Shown one piece after another: positions 46,065-55,274 of a stretch of DNA of 64,000 bases. Within the stretch, counting starts at the first letter, position 1; every line of letters begins with the position of its first letter. The notes below the pieces were generated by a model. It saw only the letters and a program-made list of their open reading frames with translations. It had not been told where the DNA came from and searched no databases. Source of the stretch: a virus; IMG/VR virus record IMGVR_UViG_3300017779_000001; one strand, written 5' to 3'. The position numbers and the translations under genes are program-made.

Positions 46065-47075
46065 ATGACATTGTGGTTAGAGAGAAAATACTTGAATATG
46101 GTTCTCGCTTATCTACCCAATAGTAAATGGAAGAATGATACATTACTAAACCATTCTTGTCCTTACTGTGGTGATTCCGAGACAAATTCCTACAAAGCAC
46201 GTGGTTATCACTTCGTGGTTGAACAATCGTATATCTACAAATGTCACAATTGTGGTGTATCTAAGTCAAGTATAAACTTCATAAAAGAGAACTTTGCAGA
46301 GACACACAAAGAGTATCTCAAAGAGTGGTTGAAGGAAACAGGACGTGGTAAAAAAAGACCACAAAAAATGTTACCAAGTCACAAATTTAGGTTCACTCCA
46401 CAAACTAATCTTCTAAATACTACTGTCCACAAAATATGTGAAGACGCATGGAAGGTCGATGTATCTTCAAAGTATCTATCTGATAGGATGATACCCGAGA
46501 CAAGTGAAATATACTATATCGATAGTAGTCAAAAACTTGCAGAGGTACACCCCAAATACAAAGATAGGGTACTAGGTTCAGACCCTAGAGTAGTGTTACC
46601 ATTCTATAAAGATGGTAAACTCATAGGACTCACTGGACGTGCAACAAATGACAGTAAACTCAGATACCTCACCATGAGGTTTGATGAGGAGACCCCGTTA
46701 ATATACAACATTGACAAAGTGGACACAAAGAAGACAGTCTTCGTAACAGAAGGCCCGATAGATAGTCTTTTCCTACCAAACAGTATTGCTGTAGGTGGTA
46801 GTGATTTTACTAAACTAGATAATAAATTGAAGAATAATGCAATCCTAATATATGACAACGAACCACGCAATACACAAATCCTAAAGAAGATAAACTCAGT
46901 CATTGATGATGGGTGGAGTGTGTGCATTTGGAATACTAAACAAGTCAAGGGATTAAAGGACATCAATGATATGGTGAGAGGTGGATTGAGTGTTGACCAA
47001 ATTGTAGAAACAATAAAGAACAACACACATTCGGGATTACAGGCAAAATTGAAACTGAAGGAGTATAAATGTTAG
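46065..47075 (+). CDS. gp61: DNA primase
   Basis: CPYCGDS...CHNCG zinc finger, EGPIDS, DNEPRN, KDINDM (TOPRIM). Confidence 0.95.
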   Translation: MTLWLERKYLNMVLAYLPNSKWKNDTLLNHSCPYCGDSETNSYKARGYHFVVEQSYIYKCHNCGVSKSSINFIKENFAETHKEYLKEWLKETGRGKKRPQKMLPSHKFRFTPQTNLLNTTVHKICEDAWKVDVSSKYLSDRMIPETSEIYYIDSSQKLAEVHPKYKDRVLGSDPRVVLPFYKDGKLIGLTGRATNDSKLRYLTMRFDEETPLIYNIDKVDTKKTVFVTEGPIDSLFLPNSIAVGGSDFTKLDNKLKNNAILIYDNEPRNTQILKKINSVIDDGWSVCIWNTKQVKGLKDINDMVRGGLSVDQIVETIKNNTHSGLQAKLKLKEYKC

Positions 47076-47326
47076 AGGGGTTGGTATTTGGAATTATTGA
47101 TAATGGAGTGTTAGCTGCATGTGCAATATTAGGAATAGATATAGATAAAAAATTAAGTGGTAATGGAGTAAACGGTGCATTATTTGGTGCAATGTTAGGA
47201 AATGCATTATCTGATGGACTAGGTGGGATTGTAGACTTCCCACTATGGATGACATTAAATATAGTAGTAGGATGTTTAATAGTAATACCCGTGGTTTGGT
47301 GTTACCTTAAGTGGAGTGGGAAATGA
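47069..47326 (+). CDS. small membrane protein, TMEM65/VIT1-like motifs
   Basis: FGIIDN...G..ID...LGNALSD..G; AAGGAG SD. Confidence 0.6.
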   Translation: MLEGLVFGIIDNGVLAACAILGIDIDKKLSGNGVNGALFGAMLGNALSDGLGGIVDFPLWMTLNIVVGCLIVIPVVWCYLKWSGK

Positions 47327-49647
47327 ATGACCAGTTAAAAGTAATAAAAAGAAGTGGTAAGACCACACCAATTGAACTAGATAAAATACACAAAATGGTT
47401 GAAGCTGCAACCAAGAACATTACAGGTGTATCAGAGTCATTGATTGAAATGAACAGTGGACTACAATTCTTTGATGGCATCACAACAAATGACATTCAAA
47501 ACATTCTAATCAAGTCTGCATCCGATTTGATATCATTAGACTCACCAAACTATCAACAAGTTGCATCAAGACTGTTACTGTTCTCTATTCAGAAAAGAGT
47601 TTTCGGTACTAAGTGGTCACATGACGACATCTATCCTACACTATCAGAGATGATAGACAAGAATATAGAGAGAGGTGTATACGATAAAAACATATTGAAT
47701 TTCTACACTGTAGAAGAACTAGAGAAACTCAACGGTATGATTAGACACTCTAGAGACTTGAACTTCACATACGCAGGTCTAAGACAAGTAGTAGACAAAT
47801 ACCTATTACAAGATAGAAGTTCAGATGAAATGTATGAGACACCACAATTCATGTACATGTTGATTGCAATGACTCTATTCAAGGATTACGGAGGAGAACT
47901 AGGTGATAGGTTAGATACTGTACGTAGATATTATAATGCAATATCTAAATTTAAGATTAGTATTCCAACACCAATCATGGCAGGTGTAAGAACACCTTTG
48001 AAACAGTTTGCATCTTGTGTTCTAGTAGATACAGATGACACACTTGATTCTATTTTTAGTTCTGATATGGCAATCGGTAGATACGTTGCACAGAGAGCTG
48101 GTATTGGAATCAACGCAGGTCGAATCAGAGGTATTGGTACTAAGATTAGAGGAGGTGAGGTACAACACACAGGTGTAATACCTTTCCTAAAGAAATTTGA
48201 ATCTACAGTAAGATGTTGTACACAGAATGGTGTACGTGGTGGTAGTGCAACAGTACACTTTCCTATATGGCACCAAGAAATAGAAGACATCTTAGTGTTG
48301 AAGAACAACAAAGGTACTGAAGACAACAGAGTCAGAAAATTAGACTATAGTATTCAGTTAAGTAAATTATTTTATGAGAGGTTTTTAAAGAATGAGAACA
48401 TCAGTTTGTTTAGTCCTCATGATGTCCCTGGCTTGTACGAGTCATTTGGTACAGATGGGTTTGATGAGTTATACGAGAAGTACGAAAGAGCGTATTCTAT
48501 CCCTAAGACAACAGTAAGTGCAAGAGACTTGTTTGGTAGTATGTTGAAAGAACGTGCAGAGACAGGTAGAATATACATCATGAACATTGACCATAGTAAT
48601 ACACACTCATCATTTACTGATAAAGTAAACATGAGTAATCTATGTCAAGAGATTACACTACCAACAGACCCTATCCAACATATCGATGGTAAGGGTGAGA
48701 TTGCATTGTGTATTTTAAGTGCAATCAACGTAGGTATTGTCAAAGAAGAAGAGATGGAAGAGTTGTGTGACCTTGCAGTCAGAGGACTAGAAGAGTTGAT
48801 TGACTATCAAGAGTATCCTGTACCAGCTGCAGAGAGGTCAACACTTGCACGTAGGTCATTGGGTATAGGTTACATTGGTCTTGCACACTTCCTTGCAAAG
48901 AACAAGGTAAAGTATGAAGACCCCGAAGCATGGAGACTTGTACATGATTTGACAGAGTCATTCCAGTACAATCTATTGAAGTCATCTAATAACCTTGCAA
49001 AAGTCAAGGGTGCATGTGATTACTATGATAGAACAAAATACAGTCAAGGACTACTACCTATCGACACATACAAGAAAGAGGTAGACGAATTGGTCAAACC
49101 AGTATATAAACAAGACTGGGACAAACTAAGAAAGGATATCAAAGAACATGGTCTAAGACACAGTACACTCACTGCACAGATGCCTTCTGAGAGTTCCTCA
49201 GTAGTGTCTAATGCAACCAATGGGGTAGAACCACCTAGAGACCACTTAAGTGTTAAGAAGAGTAAGAAAGGCCCTCTTAAACAGATTGTACCTCAATATG
49301 CAGTGTTAAAGAACTTTTACACACTCTTATGGGACATGAAAGATAACAACGGATATATCAATATTGTTGCAGTAATGCAGAAGTTCTTTGACCAAGGAAT
49401 CAGTGGTAACTGGTCGTATAATCCCGAGAACTATGAAAATAATGAAGTTCCTGTGTCTGTTATGGCAAGAGACTTACTTAATACATATAAATATGGGTGG
49501 AAGACTTCATACTATCAGAACACCATGGATGGTAAAACTGATGAGGTTGAGATTGTAGATGAGAACTCTGCAATGAATGAATATATACCCCCGATGATAG
49601 ATACGGCAGGTGGTGATGAGGAGGACTGTGACGCATGCGCGATATAA
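47323..49647 (+). CDS. nrdA: ribonucleotide reductase class Ia alpha subunit
   Basis: ATP cone, PTPIM, QFASC, SNLCQEI, MPSESSS, KTSYY, C-terminal CDAC. Confidence 0.98.
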   Translation: MNDQLKVIKRSGKTTPIELDKIHKMVEAATKNITGVSESLIEMNSGLQFFDGITTNDIQNILIKSASDLISLDSPNYQQVASRLLLFSIQKRVFGTKWSHDDIYPTLSEMIDKNIERGVYDKNILNFYTVEELEKLNGMIRHSRDLNFTYAGLRQVVDKYLLQDRSSDEMYETPQFMYMLIAMTLFKDYGGELGDRLDTVRRYYNAISKFKISIPTPIMAGVRTPLKQFASCVLVDTDDTLDSIFSSDMAIGRYVAQRAGIGINAGRIRGIGTKIRGGEVQHTGVIPFLKKFESTVRCCTQNGVRGGSATVHFPIWHQEIEDILVLKNNKGTEDNRVRKLDYSIQLSKLFYERFLKNENISLFSPHDVPGLYESFGTDGFDELYEKYERAYSIPKTTVSARDLFGSMLKERAETGRIYIMNIDHSNTHSSFTDKVNMSNLCQEITLPTDPIQHIDGKGEIALCILSAINVGIVKEEEMEELCDLAVRGLEELIDYQEYPVPAAERSTLARRSLGIGYIGLAHFLAKNKVKYEDPEAWRLVHDLTESFQYNLLKSSNNLAKVKGACDYYDRTKYSQGLLPIDTYKKEVDELVKPVYKQDWDKLRKDIKEHGLRHSTLTAQMPSESSSVVSNATNGVEPPRDHLSVKKSKKGPLKQIVPQYAVLKNFYTLLWDMKDNNGYINIVAVMQKFFDQGISGNWSYNPENYENNEVPVSVMARDLLNTYKYGWKTSYYQNTMDGKTDEVEIVDENSAMNEYIPPMIDTAGGDEEDCDACAI

Positions 49648-50657
49648 GTAAAGCAGACTTTACAATAGATTCAAAGTATTCTAACGGTAAACCGTCTCCA
49701 ACACAATATGTAACTAAAGATGGATTACAATTCATGAGTAATGGGTATGTTGTTCTTAAGAACTTTATACCAAAAGACGTTATTCAAATGGTGAAGTCTA
49801 CATGGACTAGATGGGAGAACAGTCACCAAATCAACACAAGTATCCCTAAACATGTAGAATATGATACAGGGTCTAATTCACCCCGTGATACACATAACAC
49901 TTCAGAGTCACCTTTGGACAATGCACCATGGGCAACTGCACTTCAAGACTGGGCAACACCCAAATTAGAAGAGGTGTTAGGTATCGACTTAGTCAGAACT
50001 TATGCATATTCACGTAAGTATCATCGTAATGGATATATGAAAGTACACTCTGATAGACCAGCATGTGAGATTAGTTTCACTGCACCCATGGATTTTAAAA
50101 CTGATTTTGGTAAACCATGGAATATATGGGTAGATGGTAGAGTAAATGCATTGAACGATGACCAACTCAGAGAACAATATTCAACAGAAGGTATGACAGA
50201 GTCAGGTTTAGGATTAAGACATGAGGATGTAGTGTGGAAAAACACTCAAGGTCTATCAATAAACAAAAGAAAACAGATAAAAGGTTTGGTACCCATATCA
50301 CTAGAAGTGGGAGATGTGATGGTGTATCAAGGGCCAAATGTATTTCATTGGAGAGACAGATTAGTAGGAGATTACTCGTATCATATATTTTGTCATTGGG
50401 TAAATGAAAACGGTAAAGTATATCAGATGGCACCCCAAGTCAAGTATGATGGTAGGGACAGTTTCTATGAAGACTACAGTAGACAGTCAGAAGATAGGAA
50501 AATATATGTGTCTAAGTTAGAAGTGCAACCCGAGTTTGCACACATACCAAACGACTATCCGATTAGTTTTCCAAACACTACACTAAAAAGTAAATGTAAC
50601 CCCCCACACGACACACACGCAGAGGTAAAAGAAATTGACAATATTCAACAGAAATAA
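49635..50657 (+). CDS. 2OG-Fe(II) oxygenase-like protein
   Basis: TYAYSRKY, HSDRPACEIS, VGD..VYQG...HWR. Confidence 0.75.
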   Translation: MRDISKADFTIDSKYSNGKPSPTQYVTKDGLQFMSNGYVVLKNFIPKDVIQMVKSTWTRWENSHQINTSIPKHVEYDTGSNSPRDTHNTSESPLDNAPWATALQDWATPKLEEVLGIDLVRTYAYSRKYHRNGYMKVHSDRPACEISFTAPMDFKTDFGKPWNIWVDGRVNALNDDQLREQYSTEGMTESGLGLRHEDVVWKNTQGLSINKRKQIKGLVPISLEVGDVMVYQGPNVFHWRDRLVGDYSYHIFCHWVNENGKVYQMAPQVKYDGRDSFYEDYSRQSEDRKIYVSKLEVQPEFAHIPNDYPISFPNTTLKSKCNPPHDTHAEVKEIDNIQQK

Positions 50658-51732
50658 GGTAGACTTCACAAAGGAGAAGATGTTCTTTGGTGAACCATTG
50701 AACACACAAAGATTTGACGAGTTCAAATATCCAGTATTTGATAAACTAACACAAACACAGTTAGGATACTTTTGGAGACCCGAAGAGGTGTCTCTACAGA
50801 AAGATAGAAATGACTTTCAATCACTAAATGAAGCACAGAAACATATCTTTACATCAAATTTAAGATATCAAACATTACTAGATTCAGTACAGGGTAGAGG
50901 CCCTGCTATTGCATTCTTACCATTTGTTACACTTCCCGAGTTGGAGGGTGCAATGGTGACATGGGACTTTATGGAAACTATCCATTCACGTTCTTACACT
51001 CACATGGTAAAGAATCTATATGCAAATCCAAGTGAAGTGTTTGACACTATCGTAGATGAACCTGCTATCCTAAAACGTGCAGAGGCAGTTACAGAAAGAT
51101 ATGACAAGTTTATCGAGATTGGTAGACGTAAATTACTAGGTCTTAAAGTAGATGAGTATGAGTTATACAAAGCATTGTACCTTGCAATGATGTCAGTGAA
51201 CATCTTAGAGGGTATCAGATTCTATGTGTCGTTTGCATGTACATTTGGATTCGGTGAACTCAAACTAATGGAAGGGAGTGCAAAGATTATATCATTCATT
51301 GCAAGGGATGAAGCACAACATCTTGCAGTGTCTACACACATCATCAAGAACTGGCAGAAACATGAGAACGACAAGATTATGACTAAGGTCATAAAAGACA
51401 CTGAAGAAGAAGTGTATAAAATGTTCAGAGATGCAGTCGACCAAGAGAAAGAGTGGGCAGAGTTCTTATTCGAGAAGGGAAGTATGATTGGTCTATCTGC
51501 ACCATTGTTAGGTAAATACGTAGAGTGGATTGCAAATAGAAGACTTAAGGGAATAGGTTTAAAACCTATATATGATATACCAGCAACAACTAATCCACTA
51601 CCATGGACAGAACACTGGTTGAGAAGTAAATCATTACAGAATGCACCACAAGAGACAGAGATTGAGTCTTATGTAATTGGTGGAATAAAACAAGATGTCA
51701 GTGATGACACATTTAAGGACTTTACACTATGA
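50635..51732 (+). CDS. nrdB: ribonucleotide reductase class Ia beta subunit
   Basis: FWRPEE, LDSVQGR, ETIHSRSY, LEGIRFY, DEAQH, APQETEIESY; GAGG SD, TTG start. Confidence 0.98.
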   Translation: MTIFNRNKVDFTKEKMFFGEPLNTQRFDEFKYPVFDKLTQTQLGYFWRPEEVSLQKDRNDFQSLNEAQKHIFTSNLRYQTLLDSVQGRGPAIAFLPFVTLPELEGAMVTWDFMETIHSRSYTHMVKNLYANPSEVFDTIVDEPAILKRAEAVTERYDKFIEIGRRKLLGLKVDEYELYKALYLAMMSVNILEGIRFYVSFACTFGFGELKLMEGSAKIISFIARDEAQHLAVSTHIIKNWQKHENDKIMTKVIKDTEEEVYKMFRDAVDQEKEWAEFLFEKGSMIGLSAPLLGKYVEWIANRRLKGIGLKPIYDIPATTNPLPWTEHWLRSKSLQNAPQETEIESYVIGGIKQDVSDDTFKDFTL

Positions 51733-52166
51733 AAGGATATGTATTTAGTATTTGTTTAATGATGGTTGGGACTATTGCATTAGCATACAACAACCTAGAA
51801 TACAGTGGTTACCCACGAAACACTTCATGTACAGGAGAATGTTATGAAGAGTATGTTTCTATATACGGTACACCATCAGAGATAGAACGTGCAAAACAAG
51901 AACTTGCATCTGCAGATGAATTTAGTTCTATCAGAAGTTTATGGGCAGGTTGTGCAGCTTGTCATGGAATGGAGGGACAAGGTATGGCAGTCTTTCCAAA
52001 ACTTGCAGGTCGGTCATCTGATTACATAGTAGATAGATTGACGACTTATAAGAACAGGGGTACCGTAGGTGCAATGAGTTCCACAATGTGGGCCCAGGCA
52101 GCTATGTTATCAGAAGAAGAAATTGACACTATTGGTAGGTTCATAGGAGAAACCTTGAACGACTGA
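51729..52166 (+). CDS. cytochrome c (c553/c4-like) with signal sequence
   Basis: CAACHG heme motif, FPKLAG, distal Met (MSSTM), LSEEEI. Confidence 0.88.
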   Translation: MKGYVFSICLMMVGTIALAYNNLEYSGYPRNTSCTGECYEEYVSIYGTPSEIERAKQELASADEFSSIRSLWAGCAACHGMEGQGMAVFPKLAGRSSDYIVDRLTTYKNRGTVGAMSSTMWAQAAMLSEEEIDTIGRFIGETLND

Positions 52167-52179
52167 TAAGGAGAATAGT

Positions 52180-52389
52180 ATGACATGGTATGACATTTTT
52201 TGGGGTAAAGAAGAAGACATAGTAAAGAAACACATCGAAGAGAATCCCGATGCAGACCCCGAAGAACTCACGATAGATAATGCATATAGGACAAGATGGG
52301 TGTGGTATCACACTATCTTAGGATTGTTATTACTATTTACAAACTTATTTTTATTTGGTATTTTTTTACTACTAGCTTTTAAATTCTAA
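52180..52389 (+). CDS. small membrane protein
   Basis: AAGGAG SD; C-terminal TM. Confidence 0.7.
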   Translation: MTWYDIFWGKEEDIVKKHIEENPDADPEELTIDNAYRTRWVWYHTILGLLLLFTNLFLFGIFLLLAFKF

Positions 52390-52637
52390 TGCAAGTATTA
52401 CTTTACGTAGATGATAGTGCAATGTCCATGAGGTCAGAACACTTGACAAAGACACTAGACATATCGGAACATGAAGTCCGAGTGTATCGTTTAGGTGAAG
52501 ACTTTAGACTTGCACAGGATGTGTTAAAGAAATATAACAGAAAAGAACTACCCGTCATGTTAATTGACGGTAAACCCAAATCATGGGACAATTTTGTATC
52601 CATGGTATTGCCAGATATGGAGATAGATAATGGCTGA
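52389..52637 (+). CDS. glutaredoxin-fold protein lacking CxxC
   Basis: Size and position after nrdB; LPVMLIDG matches the Grx P...IDG segment. Confidence 0.55.
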   Translation: MQVLLYVDDSAMSMRSEHLTKTLDISEHEVRVYRLGEDFRLAQDVLKKYNRKELPVMLIDGKPKSWDNFVSMVLPDMEIDNG

Positions 52638-52779
52638 TAATCAAAATCTAGATATAGTATGTTCAGAGTGTGAAGGACAATTTCAAGTTAAACATAACAT
52701 GGAAGGATTAGAATATGAACCAATGTTTTGCATCTTCTGTGGTTACACACTACATGACGATGACATAGAAGAAAAATGA
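52630..52779 (+). CDS. small zinc-ribbon protein (49 aa, not in ORF track)
   Basis: CSEC...FCIFCG; GGAG SD. Confidence 0.7.
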   Translation: MADNQNLDIVCSECEGQFQVKHNMEGLEYEPMFCIFCGYTLHDDDIEEK

Positions 52780-53084
52780 TAGAAGTCACCGACACTGCAA
52801 TTCAGAAACTAGTAGAACGTAATGTTCCTAGAATCAGACTTGGTGTGACAGGTGGTGGTTGTGCTGGATATGAATATATCTTTGCAGAAGACATCTTAAG
52901 AGAAGGGGATGAAGTAATTGATTACGGTAAGTTCTCCTTTGTCATAGACGAAAACAGTCGACCATTCTTAAATGGTATGACTTTAGATTACGTCAAAGAA
53001 GGGTTAAACGAGTTTTTTAAATTCCTAAACCCAAATGAACAGTCTGCATGTGGTTGTGGTGTCAGTGTACAATTTAAGTCATGA
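52776..53084 (+). CDS. iscA: A-type Fe-S carrier (IscA/ErpA/HesB)
   Basis: GGGCAGYEY, LDY, NPN...CGCGVS. Confidence 0.93.
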   Translation: MIEVTDTAIQKLVERNVPRIRLGVTGGGCAGYEYIFAEDILREGDEVIDYGKFSFVIDENSRPFLNGMTLDYVKEGLNEFFKFLNPNEQSACGCGVSVQFKS

Positions 53085-53692
53085 AAGAAGAAAGATTTGA
53101 ATATGGTATCCGTTTAACTAATTTTTTTCCACAAGATATTCTAGAAGGTTTACTTGAGATTATTCAAAACCCACCCAAACCCGACCAACTAAAGACAGTT
53201 CCCTTAACTAAGATTATTGATGGTCAAAACAGACCATGTAGTGACCAGTTAGGTGTATACCATAAGGAACGTTACCCTATCATACAGTCTGCACATGATT
53301 TCGCTACAGACTATTTTCAAAACCATGAAGAAAGTATCATGGTCAAACATGATAGGGGTGAGTCACACTACACAATTAATGGTGAGTTACAAACAACACC
53401 ACCTCATTGCAGATATGGAGTGCATCAAGACACTCCAAGAAAACTACATACACTTATTATATACTTACATCCTACTGATGGTGACGGAACACTATTTTTT
53501 GATGAGATGAACCCACAAAAGACTAGAGGTATAGGAGGTCAACAAGACCCATGGTCAGTCAATTGTGGTTATTGGATGGGTATAGACGGGGAAAGACCCT
53601 TTCATTCTTATCGTAATGATACGGATGAAACAAGGTGGATATTCATGTGTAATCTAAGTAAAATAACCAAGATTCCACTTGACAATGGGTAG
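53081..53692 (+). CDS. 2OG-Fe(II) oxygenase-like protein
   Basis: HQDTPRK...IIYL...GTLF...HSY...R. Confidence 0.7.
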   Translation: MKEERFEYGIRLTNFFPQDILEGLLEIIQNPPKPDQLKTVPLTKIIDGQNRPCSDQLGVYHKERYPIIQSAHDFATDYFQNHEESIMVKHDRGESHYTINGELQTTPPHCRYGVHQDTPRKLHTLIIYLHPTDGDGTLFFDEMNPQKTRGIGGQQDPWSVNCGYWMGIDGERPFHSYRNDTDETRWIFMCNLSKITKIPLDNG

Positions 53693-53708
53693 TGTTTTCT
53701 GTTATTAT
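53679..53708 (+). promoter_or_regulatory. sigma70-type early promoter (repeated family)
   Basis: TTGACA-ATGGGT...-TATTAT, 18-nt spacer. Confidence 0.7.
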
Positions 53709-53714
53709 AACAGT

Positions 53715-54230
53715 ATGGAAAAAGAAATGAAAAACGTGAAAAGAATCTTTCTAGATATGGATGGAGTACTTGCAGACTTCCTCAGTGGAGTTGCAAAACC
53801 CGAGATGATTGGTCATGCATTGACTAATGATGCATATGGTCACAATGAGTACGACCTAAGAAAGGAAGAACTAACAAACAAAAGACTGTTTGCAAAACTA
53901 GAACCTATGAGTGACATGTATGACTTGATTGCATATGTCAAACACTGTGAATTACCGTGGGAGATACTAACTGCAGCTGGTAAGGTCAACAGAGAACTAG
54001 TTGTCTATGACAAGAACGAGTGGATTAGAAAACATGTTGACCCTTGTGTGGTAGTTACTTGCACTATGGGTGGTAAACAGAAAGCTGCATTTGCAAACAA
54101 GGGTTATGTACTTGTTGATGATAGACTAGAGAACATCGAGGCATGGGAGAAAGCAGGAGGAATCGGTATCCTTCACACCACTGCAGAAAGAACAATCGAC
54201 AAACTAAAAGACCTAAGAAAAGAAGTATAA
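53715..54230 (+). CDS. HAD-family 5'(3')-deoxyribonucleotidase-like protein
   Basis: FLDMDGVLADF, ILTA, K..W, LVDDR..N...W..AGG.GILH. Confidence 0.85.
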   Translation: MEKEMKNVKRIFLDMDGVLADFLSGVAKPEMIGHALTNDAYGHNEYDLRKEELTNKRLFAKLEPMSDMYDLIAYVKHCELPWEILTAAGKVNRELVVYDKNEWIRKHVDPCVVVTCTMGGKQKAAFANKGYVLVDDRLENIEAWEKAGGIGILHTTAERTIDKLKDLRKEV

Positions 54231-54233
54231 ATA
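54226..54233 (+). promoter_or_regulatory. T4-type late promoter
   Basis: TATAAATA, 5 nt before ATG 54239. Confidence 0.7.
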
Positions 54234-54238
54234 CTCAT

Positions 54239-54457
54239 ATGGATAAATTATGGATATGGGTGAAGAGTCTTTTTGCAACCCGATATAAGATAACAGTATC
54301 GTTTAATTCCGAGTATGGAGATAACGATGATAGAACTTATATAACAAAAAAGGTTCTCATTCAAAAGGAGAAACATCTCAAGTTTAGAGATGAGAATAAC
54401 AAAGTGATAGAATATAGGTCATCATCGGGTTTGAACTATATCATAGAGGACGTATAA
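54239..54457 (+). CDS. hypothetical protein
   Basis: Follows the late promoter. Confidence 0.7.
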   Translation: MDKLWIWVKSLFATRYKITVSFNSEYGDNDDRTYITKKVLIQKEKHLKFRDENNKVIEYRSSSGLNYIIEDV

Positions 54458-54832
54458 ATGAATCAATTTTTCATTGCAATTATACTAGTACTAGGATTAG
54501 GTTCATGGTACTTATATAATGAGAATCAAACACTCACTGCAAACAACTATAAATTAGAAACTGCAGTCGAAGAACAGAAACAGACCATGGTTGCCCTACA
54601 AGAATCATATGAGAGACAGGGTAAAGCATTAGGTAACTTACAAAAACGAAATAACGAAATCGAGGCAGACAAAGCTAGGTATCTAGAGATATTCTCTAAA
54701 CACAACTTTGATAAACTTGCATTAGTGAAGCCAGGGTTGATGGAAACCCGATTTAATAATGGAACTGCAGAAGTATTTAAGGAGATAGAGAATGACACTA
54801 AAGAACTTAGGAATTCTGATACTAACGACTAG
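54458..54832 (+). CDS. putative i-spanin (Rz-like)
   Basis: N-terminal TM + coiled coil + KPGL.E..N.GT; followed by a lipoprotein. Confidence 0.7.
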   Translation: MNQFFIAIILVLGLGSWYLYNENQTLTANNYKLETAVEEQKQTMVALQESYERQGKALGNLQKRNNEIEADKARYLEIFSKHNFDKLALVKPGLMETRFNNGTAEVFKEIENDTKELRNSDTND

Positions 54833-55274
54833 TATCTTTACAGGGTGTTCTCTACTACCAACCAAACAAGTAGAGATTGTATCTAAACCATTAGAGATAG
54901 ATATCATTCAACCCGAACTACCAAGACCTTTACAACTCACACCACCTAAATGGTTTGTGGTGTCTGAGGCACGTATAGTAAACCCTTGTATCAAGAGACT
55001 ACAAGATGATGGTTCTATGAAGAGACCAAAGGAATGTATACAAGAAGACAGAGAGAATCCCGATTGGCCTCAAGGTTACACTTACCTTGATAGGTTCCTA
55101 GATACTATGAAGGAACAGAACAAAGGAGACATTGTATTTGTTGCAACGTCTGTAGGTGATTATAAAGTCATGTCAACAAACATGCAAGAACTAAGACGAT
55201 ACATCAGAGAACTGGGTGAAGTCGTTGTATACTATGAAGATGTAACTAAGAAAATTGAGGAAGAAACCAAATAA
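54792..55274 (+). CDS. putative o-spanin lipoprotein (Rz1-like)
   Basis: Lipobox IFTGC, Pro-rich, NMQELRRYI...YYE. Confidence 0.7.
   Translation: MTLKNLGILILTTSIFTGCSLLPTKQVEIVSKPLEIDIIQPELPRPLQLTPPKWFVVSEARIVNPCIKRLQDDGSMKRPKECIQEDRENPDWPQGYTYLDRFLDTMKEQNKGDIVFVATSVGDYKVMSTNMQELRRYIRELGEVVVYYEDVTKKIEEETK

Noticed and set aside
49635-50657. Homing endonuclease or intron between nrdA and nrdB
   Set aside because: No HNH, GIY-YIG or LAGLIDADG motif; oxygenase motifs are present and both nrd genes are intact.
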